From: Paraspadella gotoi
Taxonomy: Eukaryota; Animalia; Chaetognatha
Direction of reading: 5' to 3'
Assembly (NCBI GenBank): GCA_051294375.1
Contig: CM119271.1
Location: 12,377,190-12,441,189, forward strand
DNA: 64,000 nt
Both the position numbers and the translations under genes were made by a program. Of the stretch, positions 1-11,800 are shown piece after piece. The first letter of the stretch is position 1; each line of letters starts with the position of its first letter. The notes below the pieces were generated by a model, which saw nothing but the letters and a program-made list of their open reading frames with translations, ran no database searches and had not been told where the DNA came from.

Positions 1-127
1 ACCCGCGAAAATTAAAAAAAAAAACCAAAAAACCGACGAATCATTCTAACTTTATAATTTAGTTAAAAAAAGATTAAACGGACAAAAAAAAAAATCTTTC
101 ACTTGGTAGGAAGTCATAAAAGTCAGG

Positions 128-2320
128 ATGGACGACGAAATCTCGACTTGTCCTCCGCCTCCAAGAAAAACCGCCAAGCGACCGCCGACTCCGCCCGACG
201 GTGGATGGGGTTGGGTCGTTGTCGCTTCCGCCTTTTTCGTCAACGTCCTTCTTTCGGGCGACACGTCGGCGTTTCCGGTTCTTTTGCCGGAACTCTCGGC
301 CTCGTTCCAATCGAGTCCGAGCGTCATCTCGTGGGCTGGGTCACTTCGTTACGGTCTCTGCTGCGTCACGGGTCCGTTGGTTGGACGGCTCATCAATCGT
401 CACGGATGTAAAGTCGCCACGTTGCTGGGGACGATCGTAGTTTTCTTGGGCGGCGTGGCGGCGTCGTTAGCGCCGGACGTGACGCTGCTCATCCTCTTAC
501 TCGGCGTCATTCAAGGCATCGGCGTTGGTTTCGCCTTTCTTCCTCCCATCGTCGCCGTCGGAACTTATTTCGAAAAACGGCGCGCTATCGCCACCGGCGT
601 CGCGAGTTGCGGCGCCGGAATCGGCGGAGTCTTCTTCCCGCCGCTCATCAAATACCTGGCGGAAGAATGGAGTTGGCGCGGCGCGGTTCTCGTCAACGCG
701 GCGCTCATGTTGCACGTCGGCGCATGCGCGTTGCTCTTTAGAAAATTGGAAGACAATTCCTCGGAAGAAGTGACGCCGATGATCGTTAAGTTGAATTACG
801 AAGACACGAGACGAATCGTGAATGATCCAGTTTCTCACGATAGCCTCACTCTCGTCAATGTCAAAAACTCATTCGACTCAATCGAAATCGAGGCTACGAG
901 GAAAAGCAGCCTCGTTTCCGTCACGCCCACTCCCCAACCCTCTAGTCGACGAAGCTCAAGGGTGGCGACGATCGAAAGTAGTCTTCTAAACTCGCCCATC
1001 CCAGAGGAGCCTTCGAGCGAGGAAGTCGAGTCTCGTCTGCCCGCGATCGTTGAAGACTTGGTCGACGACGGCGACGGGAAATCCGCGACGAGTTGGACCG
1101 ACGCAAATAGAAAAGGCATGCTCCATCCTCTCTACTCTCCCGACGAAGGAATGCGAAGTTTTCGATCGAGCGGAAGCTCGAAAGGAATTCTTCATCGACG
1201 CGATATTCAATTCGATCCCTTCGATCTTTTTCTCTCTTCGTCGAGAAGAAATTCGCGACGTCAAACCGTCGGGTTCAACATGAACGCTTATTATTTAATA
1301 GAGAATCGAGGAAAGAGCAGGCGTGGCCAACACTCCTCCAAGATCGATCACAAACGATTCTCTCTTCATTCCGTCCCGACGAAAGTCTCGTTGGCTTGGA
1401 TCGAGGGAACCGGATCAGAGCCGGATCCCGACGTGGCCTTGAAGTATCGCCCGCCGAGACTGAAGACGTCCACGAGATTCTCTTGGTCGAAACCCAGCGA
1501 CGGTCGTCCCAAACAACACAAATACAGACCTCTGGATCGCAAAGACGTTCTCTACGGGAGCTCCATTCTCAATTTGGATCATTTCGAGTCTAAGAGAAGC
1601 GGCGTCGTCGATCCGCGAGATTTGATCAGCGTCTTGGAGTCTCCCGACGATGACGTCGCCGACGAGATGACGTTGAGTCAAAGTCCATCGTTTTGGGTCC
1701 ATTGCGTGGTCAACGCCGTCTACATGTTCGCCTTCTGCATCCCAACAACATTTTTGGTCGACTACGCGTCGTCGGTGGGCGTGGCAGCCTCCGAATCAAG
1801 TTATCTTCTTTCACTGATGGGCTGCGTCGGCTGCTGCGTGCGAATCGGCGTCGGATTCGTCGCCGATATGACCGACTGGCGGGGAATTCGATTGAGCGGC
1901 GCCGGGATGGTGCTCGGCGGCGTTGCGACGCTCGTGGCGCCGGCTTTGCCGATGAACTTTCTCCTTCTCGCCGTTTACGCGTCGGTCTTTACCGTCGGCA
2001 GCGGGACTTACCTCGCGCTGCAATCCATCGTCATCGTCGACCTCTTTGGCATCGAACGCTTGACGGACGGATTCGGAGCTCTCCAACTCTTCCGAGGAAT
2101 CGGCGCCATGATCGGTCCGCCCCTCGGAGGATACGTCGTCGACGTCGTGGGTCATTACGGATGGACTTTTGGGTTGAGCGGGATCTTGATGATTGCTTCC
2201 GGTTTGGCGGAAGTCGCGGTGGATAAAATGGCGGCGCGCGAGGGGGCGCGTCGGAGGAGGATTAATAAGATAAAGCATTTGGAAATGTTGTTGATATCGC
2301 CCAAGGACAGGCTCATTTGA
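128..2320 (+). CDS. Monocarboxylate transporter (SLC16/MCT family, MFS), intronless, 730 aa, with a large central cytoplasmic loop
   Basis: MCT N-terminal signature PPDGGWGWVVV, the YFEKRRAIATG and WSWRGA motifs, the DLFGIERL...GPPLGG C-terminal half, 6+6 hydrophobic helices. The loop motif RPLDRKDVLYGSS resembles the RKDIFYSGS-type motif of invertebrate MCTs. Paralogue not assignable by eye. Confidence 0.93.
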   Translation: MDDEISTCPPPPRKTAKRPPTPPDGGWGWVVVASAFFVNVLLSGDTSAFPVLLPELSASFQSSPSVISWAGSLRYGLCCVTGPLVGRLINRHGCKVATLLGTIVVFLGGVAASLAPDVTLLILLLGVIQGIGVGFAFLPPIVAVGTYFEKRRAIATGVASCGAGIGGVFFPPLIKYLAEEWSWRGAVLVNAALMLHVGACALLFRKLEDNSSEEVTPMIVKLNYEDTRRIVNDPVSHDSLTLVNVKNSFDSIEIEATRKSSLVSVTPTPQPSSRRSSRVATIESSLLNSPIPEEPSSEEVESRLPAIVEDLVDDGDGKSATSWTDANRKGMLHPLYSPDEGMRSFRSSGSSKGILHRRDIQFDPFDLFLSSSRRNSRRQTVGFNMNAYYLIENRGKSRRGQHSSKIDHKRFSLHSVPTKVSLAWIEGTGSEPDPDVALKYRPPRLKTSTRFSWSKPSDGRPKQHKYRPLDRKDVLYGSSILNLDHFESKRSGVVDPRDLISVLESPDDDVADEMTLSQSPSFWVHCVVNAVYMFAFCIPTTFLVDYASSVGVAASESSYLLSLMGCVGCCVRIGVGFVADMTDWRGIRLSGAGMVLGGVATLVAPALPMNFLLLAVYASVFTVGSGTYLALQSIVIVDLFGIERLTDGFGALQLFRGIGAMIGPPLGGYVVDVVGHYGWTFGLSGILMIASGLAEVAVDKMAAREGARRRRINKIKHLEMLLISPKDRLI

Positions 2321-2579
2321 ATTGTAATCCTTGTACATAATAATGATTATAAATACTCGGGTCATCGACTTTTGTCCCCCCCCCCCGCCGAGTAGAGCAG
2401 AAACGAAGGTTGCTTAAAAATCTGTACAATTGAGAGGACTATTACAATAAATTTGGTGAAACCAATCAACATTAAAAAATGTTAATTGTTATCCATTCAT
2501 TCGATAAATCGCCTATTAAATACCTCGCTAAGCTTTCTTGCCTCCAGAGTTCAAGAATTTGCTACTGTGGGCTCGTGGT

Positions 2580-3386
2580 TTACGTCATCCATTCCTCTTA
2601 CAAAATAATAAAAGAACAACACTGATATTCAACAAATAAAAGAACAACACGGATATTCAACAAATAAAAGAACAACACGGATATTCAACAAATAAAAGAA
2701 CAACACGGATATACAACAAACCAGAGTAAGGCGGTGGGGCTTCGTAGGGCGGAGGAGCTTCAACGACGCCGATCATCTCTTCCGGATTTTGACTGCGATT
2801 GACTTCGCTATCTGGAGTCGATTGCGGCGCGTCTGTGAATGAATGAATGAATGAATGAATGAATGAATGAATGAATGAATGAATGAATGAATGAAAGAAA
2901 GAATGAAAAAGAAGCAAAAATAAATAAATTGAAATTTTTTAAAAAAAGTTAAAAGAGTTGAGATAATAAACGAATGGATGAAAGAACTAATAAATGAACG
3001 AATGAACGAACAAAGTAAGAAATAAAAAGTAACGAATGAACGGACTAACGAATGAACAAACGAACAAAGAAAAAGAACGAAGAAGCAAGCGAACAGACGA
3101 ACCCGGTAAAAAAAAAGGAACGAATGAACGAAAGGCCCTTCTTCCCTCCGTCCAGCTCACCGACTAGATCGAGCACGACCTGCAAGACCCGTTCGCACTG
3201 TCTCGCCCGCGCTCTGATTATGGATTTGGAGAGCGTGTAGAGAAGGAGTCCGGAGGCGAGGGTGAAGATGCCGAGGGTCACGAGAGAAGAGGCCAATCGA
3301 TTCGGGGCTTTGTGGAAGAACCCGCCGAGGAACAGCATGAAGATGCCTTTTGGAGGCAGAGGGAGAGAGACGTGTTGAGGACCATT

Positions 3387-3433
<47 letters not shown>

Positions 3434-4626
3434 AGACGACAGAATAGCTCAAAAAGTCTCCTTTATTTAATTTAAGGTTAGTTGAATATTTAATTAATAA
3501 ATTATTACGATACATACATCATCTTCTCTCCTTTACTTATTCAACGCCAGTTACAGTACCTGCATGGATGCATGCTACCGAGAGCCAAAAAATCCGATGA
3601 ACGCAAGCTAAACTCCAGTGCGAGTAAATTTCTTGAAACCTTAATAAATTTAATTATTGTAAAAAAAAAAAAAGATTTATTATTGAGTTAAGCTTATGTT
3701 TGGGCAACATTCTCACTTGGCCTGTACCTCCAAGGTCGGGCGAACGTTCTTTGGCTTCTTTGTCGAGATTGAGAGAGAAAAATCCAAGACGCGGAATCTG
3801 GTTCAATTGAAGGAACCACGTCCGTTCCTGACGATAGGATTGGCTGGGTCAATCTCTCTCTCTCTCTCTCACCCTCGTTTTGCGCGCGGAGATTCGATCG
3901 ATCGATCGGCCGCCCACTTCGCGTAACGAATGGAGAGAGGGTGACGCTCCGCCCCCTGAAAGAAATTGCATATATATTATAATAGTCAGGACAAGGTAAA
4001 AATAACTTTTTTTTCATTAAATTATCGAAGACATTTAAGTTTTCAATATTAAGTAAAAACATTACTACATGTTAACTAATTACTTGTAACGCGACAACAT
4101 AACGTGACCCAAGACAAGTTAATTCTGACGACGTAAATCAAACATACGATTTCAAAAAACACAAACCTCGTCCGATCCGAGGTTTCGGATATCAACCCGA
4201 GTCCCAGCGTTTGCGTCGCGTCAGAATTCCGCACGTGCGTCAACGCTCTCTCCAACGCTCGTTCGGACGATCGATCAGTCCGTCTCGCCGTCGCCGCGTC
4301 ACTTCCGTCCACGGGCGGCACGAGTCGCGACGCAGAGATAGGCGCCGCCGCGTGGCGCCGGTCCGAAGGCAGCCACGAGGGTCTTTGGTCGGAGCGAGCT
4401 CTCGAACCCGTCGTCCGTCGGGAGGAGGAAGCGGCTCCGCGGGGACGACGCTGTCTCTGCTCCTCCTGCGCCTGAACAGGCAGCGGTTTGATTGATAAGT
4501 AGAAAATTAAATAGATTATTAAGAATAATAAGTAGAAAATTAAATAGATTATTAAGAATATTAAAAATAATTAAGAATTATTTCAATTTCCCACTCGATA
4601 CTCACATCCCTCAGACTCTCACGCAT
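2580..4626 (-). CDS. Predicted 8-exon, 301-aa membrane protein with two TM segments and tandem C-terminal PPPY (PPxY) motifs
   Basis: Hand-built exons 4626-4606, 4471-4167, 3955-3873, 3827-3717, 3631-3560, 3346-3161, 2832-2722, 2596-2580. All introns are GT-AG with consistent phases; total 906 nt. Protein: MRESLRD...HRIFWLSVACIHAGIFMLFLGGFFHKAPNRLASSLVTLGIFTLASGLLLYTLSK...EAPPPYEAPPPYSEEWMT*. The 5' exons are less certain than the TM/PPxY exons. Confidence 0.7.
2603..2720. repeat. 28-bp minisatellite, about 4 copies (caacaaataaaagaacaacacggatatt), filling an intron
   Basis: Directly visible tandem units. Confidence 0.9.
2836..2893. repeat. (GAAT)n microsatellite
   Basis: Perfect tetranucleotide run. 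Confidence 0.95.
4496..4560. repeat. 32-bp tandem duplication (taagtagaaaattaaatagattattaagaata) in intron 1 of the PPxY gene
   Basis: Two adjacent copies. Confidence 0.85.
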
Positions 4627-5080
4627 TTGTGAAGTCAAAAAATGCAACATTTTTTTAAATTTTTACGTCGTTAAAGTTAAATACTGTTCGTAATGCATTA
4701 TTCGTCTCTTTACGAAAGAGACTGAAAATTTAATTATGCTCCAACCTGTAAACAAAACAAGATAGGTCATAAATAATATAATAATTGTGGAAAAAAAACA
4801 AACGCAGAATAGCTATGCCGTAGCCAGTCTACCGAGTGTTAAATGATAGGAAAAAGAACACACCGATAGAGGCTCGATTTTATTAAAAGGAAGCGAGGAA
4901 ACAAACTTTTAGTCTCATAAGTCTAACTAAGTCTTATAGAAGAATCATTTTTTAGGTAACTAACCGAATTCAAACAAGACTAAACGCTAACTATTGTAAC
5001 TCAGGAAGGAAACGGCGGCTTCCACAAAAACACAAAAACAAATCAGAATTAAATAAAAGAAATAAAAAAAGAAAAAGAAA

Positions 5081-8000
5081 TCACTGGACGTCGTCTTCAT
5101 CTTCTTCATCTTCGTCGCGTCTTTTGTTTCGATATTTTTTCCGATCGATTTTTCGACGACTCGAACGAAAACTGCTCGACGGCGCCGGATCGGCTTCCGT
5201 CAAAGCGGCGTCATTGTGAGCGGCGTCTTCGATCACGGGCGATTTCCCCAGTTCCGTTTTTTTAGCGCAGTCCTTCTCGGAGGAGTCGGTGTCTTTGTTG
5301 ACGGCTTCCTTTTTGAAAGCGTCCATGTTGACAGGGACTGCGTCGACAGCCTCCATATTGACAGCGTTTTTATCGTCTATTAAGGCAGCATCCTGTTCTG
5401 CATCATCCATATCGGATGAGTCTTGCGAAAAGGGGACTTCTATCCCCGTTTGATTAGCGAGGTTGACCGAAGACGACGACGGAAACAACGACGAAGGGGA
5501 TTTTTTCATGGGCGAGTTTTTTAATGAAGAATCGGAAGACGACGATGACGGCGACGACGATGAAGACGACGACTCATCGTCGGAATTATCGTCGTCGTCG
5601 GAAGAAGAAGACGACGACGAAGACGAAGACGCTGCCTCAACTTCGCCCCGAAACCTCTTGCGCAAAGCCGCCCGAGCCGCGGCGAATTTTCCTCGCTTTT
5701 CCTTAATTCTCCTTTTACGACGAATCGTCGCTGGCTCCTCTTCATCGTCGGCATCATCTTCTTGAAATCGCCCCTCATATTGTCTACCTTCTTCCGTTAA
5801 CAACATCCGCCCTCGCTCTTCCCGCGCTCGATCTTCCTTTGCCCTTTTAATCATGTTCATCAATTTGACGCAACGTTTTCGCCGAGCGGCGATTTCGTCC
5901 CTGGCGGCGGCGTCATCGCCACCGCCTTCGCCTCCAGAGGTCGTCTCGGCGGCGCGAAATCCGTCCGGCGAATTCGGAGTGGGCGTGGCGCTACGTCGCG
6001 CGTCGTCGTCGTCGCTAGTCTCGGGCGAGGAGAGGACAAAACGAGAGAGGGATTCCGCCTCCACCTCTTCCTCCATCGTGGCGCGAGACTCCCGCTCGCC
6101 CGCCACGTACTCGCCGATGGGAGCGACGCCTTCGCAGGCGCTCGAGCCGCTCGACCATCCCTCCATCTCTCGTTGGACGAGGGAATCGAAGAAGGCGATC
6201 ATGCGGGGATCTTCTTCCTCCGAACGCGCGCTGATAAACAAGGATAAAACAAACATAAAAAATAAAATAATAATTCGTTGATAATAAGCTTATGACATCA
6301 TTTTTATCACTGGGTCCCCATAACTGCACCCTTTTCAGAAGAGTGAAGAAAAAATATGGAATTTTGCAGTTGTATTTATTGCCAGTTAGTATAAGCATAC
6401 AAAATTACACATCAAAGGACATGCTTAATGGTGGAGCGATTTAAACTTGAGACTATTTTCACATCTCTTTACCTGTAATCATGATTGATGTACTGCCCAG
6501 TCGACCTCACCAAATCCATGTAATCCTCGTGCGTGAATCTCCGCCTCGTTTCCATCTCTTCGATCTTAGTCAAAGTCAGCGACTGCTTGGACCACCGGCC
6601 ATCCTTGACGAGCATCTTCTGCCTAGAGACTTCTTCGAGACGAGCGTCGTCGTCCTCGTCGTCGTCGTCGGCGGAAGGATTGAAGGGGCTCCAGAGGCTG
6701 ACGACCTTCTCCACGCCCGAGGAGCAGACGACGAAGCGTTCCGGATCGAACCGGACTTGATTGACTATGGAGCGATGTCCGCGTAGCACGTGATGGGCGT
6801 GGCGCACCCACGTCTTCTCCTGCGCGGCGCGCTCCGTCGGCACCTTCCACAAGTAGACGTTGAAGTCGTCGGATCCGGACATGACGAACTCGTCGTCGGC
6901 GCCAGCGAAACTGCAGCTCTTGAGGGTGCAGGAGTTGAAGTAGCCAGCTTGGTCGAACTGGCACCAGGCTGTTGGACTCTCGGTCTTGTAAAGGGACGGC
7001 GCCATGCGACGCCGCAAAACGACCACCCTCTCTCCGTCGCCGCTGAACCGAGCGTTCATGCAGGAGAGCTGTTCGCGGCGCTGGCGGCGGTCGAAGCGGC
7101 GCGGCGCGATCTCGTATCGAAGGAGTTGAGAATTTGGTCGACGGACGTCCCAAAGTTGAGCGCCGACTTTGCCGTTGGCCGTGACGAAGAGTCGTGGCGA
7201 CGCCGGGTTGAACATGACGGAATGGAAGGGCGACGCCGCTAGCGCCAGTGCCAACGCCGGGCGCGGTTCTCGGAGGTCGTAGAGTTGACAACGCCCATCG
7301 TCGCAGGCCGTGGCGAAGAGAAGAGGGTTCGTTGGGTCGGGAGAGATGCAATAGATGGCGTCTTCGTAGAGGTAGACGTCTTTCGTCGCCCCTTGAAAAA
7401 AGTCAAGTTTAATTTCATAAGTATTTATTCACTTTTATCAATACAAAGAATAAGATCATATAGCCCTTTTCTCTCTTTATCTTTCTTTCTACTTCTTGAC
7501 CCCCTCTTTTCTTTTCTTTCTTTATTTTTTTCTTCATCAATCATCATATCTTTTTATTTTCTTTTTTTCTCTCTCTCTCTTGCTCCGTCTTTCTGTCACC
7601 CGTCTCAAGGTCGTGAACGATAATTTGCTCATCGTTTCCTCCACTAAAGATCGTCCGATCCTCGCGATCGAAAGCAAGACAAAATATGTTGCTATTGTGT
7701 TCCCCGCCCATGCAGGTCGGAGAGACGCTGCCGAGTCGGCCCAGCGCCTCGTCGACGCGCCAGAGCAGCACTCGACGATCGTCTCCGCCCGAGACGAGTC
7801 GGCGTCCGTCGTGGGAGAACTCGACTGCATTCACGCAACCGTAGTGACCTGACGTGAGGACGGAAAAGAACCAATGATTAAAGAAAAGAAAGATTAAAGA
7901 AAAGAAAGATTACAAGATTTGTAAAAGAAATTGTAATAAGATTTATAAATTTTATCCGAAAATAGAACTGCAGCAGTTTAATTTTGATTATTAATTTAAC

Positions 8001-8397
8001 CATTGTTAAAATTTTTTTTTTTCATTAATCTCATTTGCATATTGCATATTATAGTTAATTTTATGATCCTGAAGCAACAATGCAGAAAGTTATATCCTAA
8101 AGTGAGAATACGATTAGAAATGACCATATGCTTAAGTCACATCCCATAATTTATTAATCCTAAATAACAACACTCCCTATATTTTAGATAATTGCAAATA
8201 GACAAATCGCGTTTTAAAACTTAACCTTTTAATTCCTTGCGGTAAAGTGAGGCGACATTTTCGAAAGAATTTTTGAGAAATTGTGAGGTGGAGAATCGTC
8301 GCTCGCCAACGCAGCGATCGAAAATGTTTTGTGGATGAGATTTGACGATTTTAAATTCTTTGTTTTTGTCTCGTGAAAATCGAGTTTTCTTCTTCAT
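5081..8397 (-). CDS. DCAF5: DDB1- and CUL4-associated factor 5 (WD40 substrate receptor), 4 exons
   Basis: Exons 8397-8226, 7848-7600, 7391-6473, 6230-5081 with phases 1,1,2. DCAF5 motifs: LYRKELKGHYGCVNAVEFS, LVSGGDDRRVLLW, GYFNSCTLKSCSF, SGSDDFNVYLW, LRGHRSIVNQVRF, SSGVEK, and EDPRMIAFFDSLVQREMEGWSS followed by an acidic/Ser-rich tail. Confidence 0.93.
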
Positions 8398-8870
8398 GGT
8401 TTTTATTTTCTTAAAAATAGGAATAAGCTATCATTGCTGGTGGAGTTTTAATAATACAAAATACATTATATATGTTTATTTTGAAGGAAGGATAAATCAG
8501 GTTTTATTAGTAAGCAAGAGTCGTCAATACTCAATACATAATTACTCGTCTATGATACAGAGTAAGAAATTTTAAGAGAATAAGTCGTAATAAATGTTAA
8601 TAATTGAACAAACATGAGACGAAAAGAAAAATTAAGGTTTATAATAATGTATATAAACGCAAATACATAAAAAATCAAAAACGGCGGTAAAAAGCAAAAT
8701 ACCTAATACGACCAAGATTCAAATGGAATGAAAGTAAAAACAAAAAAAAATTCAATGACGTTAAATGACTAATAATCTTTAAACAATCGTATCATTACAA
8801 AACAACGAACGATACATGGTTGAAAAAAAAAAAGAAAAAGAAAAAAACCAAACAAACAAAACTGGAAAGA

Positions 8871-11800
8871 CTAGAACCGATGAAAACAAAACGGAACACT
8901 TTTCCATCGCCATCCCACCCGTCCCCCCCCTAAATTCCCCCACCCCCCCCAACCGGAAAAAAAAAAGAGAAGGGGTTCTTCTTCAAGCTCTCTCCAAAAA
9001 TTTTCCATCATGAAGAGTTTGACGAGTCCTCCGTCGTAGGCGCCGATCTCCTTGAGCGTCTTGACGAGATTCCACCGGAAGTCGCCTTTCCCGTAGACGA
9101 GCATCTCCCACTCCGTCTCGGAGAGAGCCGGCATCTTTTTACCTTCGGGATCGAAGGCGTACATCGTGTTGAGATTGAGATGGAGGTTGGGAGGGAGGTA
9201 AGAGGTGTCCACCTGGGGGGAGGGAGGAGGGGGTTTAATGAAATATATACGAAAAGCTGTCACGACCCCGAGGTTAAGCAAAAATTCATCAATGATATTC
9301 ATTTATAATTATCAAGGTAACAAGGACACGACTGATATTCGGAGCAATTGTTAACCAATTATGTACTCGCGGAGCAACTTTTCACTTTTCGGTCGGTCGC
9401 TCTGTCTGTCTGTTAAAAATATATATAATTGGCCTATAATTTGCTCATTTGTTAAGATAGGAAATAAAATCTAATGGACTGCTAGCGCCGTCTTCAAGAA
9501 TTCGTAAAACTATAAGAAATAAAAGATAAAATTCCGATGCTAAGAAAGTTATTGTAATTATGTCATGTCGCGTCATTTCACGTCATATCATGTCACGAGA
9601 AATACACGTGATAAGGCAGTCACTGGGGCACAACACATTTGAATTACCGTTCTTGTTTTTATTACTAATTACTTATTACTTTTCAATTCCCCAAACAATC
9701 GCTCAACCATCACATCAATAAACCATCATTAAACCATCTCTAAATCATCATCAAATACATAACTTAATTATAGCTAAACCATCACTAAACAAACAATCAA
9801 CATCAATTAACCATCATCAATTAACCATCATCATTAACCCATCGTCGCATCATCCTTTAAACCATCACCTTAGAGTCCGCAATGGAGACAAGAGCCAAGG
9901 TCTTGAGCGATGGAGAAAGATCGAGCACATGGACGTCGTAGAAGCAACTGCTGGCCAAAGGATCGTTCTTCATTTGCCACCAAAGAAACTTGAATCGAAC
10001 GTCCTTCAATTCCTCCTCGGTCAACTTCACTTCCGGGATTTGACGCAGGCTCGTCCGGACGCGTTCGGCGAAGGCGTTGGCGACAGAGTCCGCTCCGACG
10101 GGACGATCGGCGGCGTCGGCGGAACGGCTGGGGTCTGCGGTAGCGCCAGAAGCGGAGGCCTCCGTCGCCGCCTCCGCGACGGGCGCGGCATTGGCGGGCG
10201 GCGCCCGAGCGTCCTCCAGGCTGACGTTCTCCAGCGCCTGGCGGACTTGTCGTTCTCCGTGAGCGATTTCTCGATCGGAAAAGGCGGCGGCAGAATCGAA
10301 GCAGGCGCGGGCCTCTTCGCCTGCCGCGAGCACCGCGCCTTTGCCGATTCCAGCGCCTCCGCCGACACCCTTGACTTTCTCTTCTTCTTCGTCCGATTCG
10401 AATTCGCCGCCTTCCGGTTCGCCAGTCAATTCCATATCCCAACAATAATTGCATCGACACGACAAGTCGTATTCGTTCCCGCGGAACCAGAAGCCGTCCT
10501 TGCGCCGGAGCCGGGCCAGGTTGCGCGGGCCGTAGCCTCCTACGATCACGATCTTTCCGTCAACGGCGAGGATCTGAGCGTCGCGTCGCCGCGCCGGCGA
10601 TTCGCCCGCAGCCTCGATCAGATCCCACCGCAGCTCCGCCGCGTCGAAGCGGATTACGTCGCACTGGAGCTCCCAGGGGCTGAGGTTGCCCAGCTGAGAG
10701 GGAGGCTCTCCGCAGCAGCCGAACATGTAGACGTGGCCTTTGAGGACGACGGAGGGTTGGACGCGATCGGGAACGTCGCCCGTGACGCGGACTTTGGTCC
10801 ATTCCTTTGTTTCGAGGTCCAGGCTTGTGTGAGGAAAAAGAAGGGAGAAGGAGGGAGGGAAGATGGCGCTATTAGACAGGGATTTAAATGAGATAAAAAA
10901 AAGAGAGAAGCAAAAGAAAAGTAAGGAAAAATAAAAAGACAAAATAAAAGAAAGAGAGAAGGTAAAAAAAAAAGTAAGAGAGAGAAAAATAAAAAAGGAA
11001 AAAAAAGAAATAAAAACAGTAATTCCAATTTTTTGCGCCGTAGTAACTTTATTTTTGTCTATTTCTCTTTGATCACATAATAAAACGACATGACCTGACA
11101 CTTTCTTAGCCTGTCTATATATGACATGCACTGCATCAAAATTACGTCGTTTATTTTTTATAGTTTTAGGATTTCGTGAAGGCGGCGGTCGCAGTCCCTT
11201 AGATTTTAGGTTTTTTCTGTCTTAACAAATGAGCAACCAACTATAGACAAATTATATACGATTTAATAATACGATCTAATACTTAAGGGAGAGGCCCTTT
11301 CATACAATTAAAACATTTTTGGAAACATTATACCACTTCATTGATAGGGAAACTAAGTATTCTGGGAGTAAATAAACGAGACTGTGAGAGAGTCTTGATT
11401 GAAAGCTTGCAGGGACGTGCTATATCATTATCTTAAACCACCAAATCCTGTCCAAATTCAGGGGCAAGATAGTTTATTTATTAAAGGAATAGATAATTTA
11501 TATATTGGTTATACCAATTTTATACATTTTTAATGTAAGTGGGACCGACCGTCGGACAGACACACCGACCGACCGAAAAGTGACTTAGAGTACTCGCGGC
11601 GCAATTTAAAAACAGAAGGCGGAAAATGAGGGATTGAACAGAAGAAGAAAAGAAAAAGAACGAGAGACTCAGAGAAGAAGAGAGAGAAGAAAAGAGACAA
11701 AACAGAGAGAGCAATAAATCAGAAATAAAGAAAGAGAGAATGAAAGAAATCTCTCTCTCTCTCTCCCTCACCGATAAGCGTCGTTCAACTTGGCCTCGAT

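Noticed and set aside
2603-2720. 28-bp repeats, and the 46-bp repeats at 37073-37226, as a CRISPR array
   Set aside because: Head-to-tail units without unique spacers, no cas genes, eukaryotic intron context.
8033-8050. Octamer ATTTGCAT motifs (also at about 25681, 49060 and 52945) as snRNA or POU-regulated promoters
   Set aside because: No snRNA sequence nearby; they are expected by chance or repeat-borne in AT-rich DNA.
9929-10891. 320-aa plus-strand ORF and similar antisense ORFs (12322-12984, 13365-14406, 1811-2365)
   Set aside because: Shadows of GC-rich exons on the opposite strand with no domain features.
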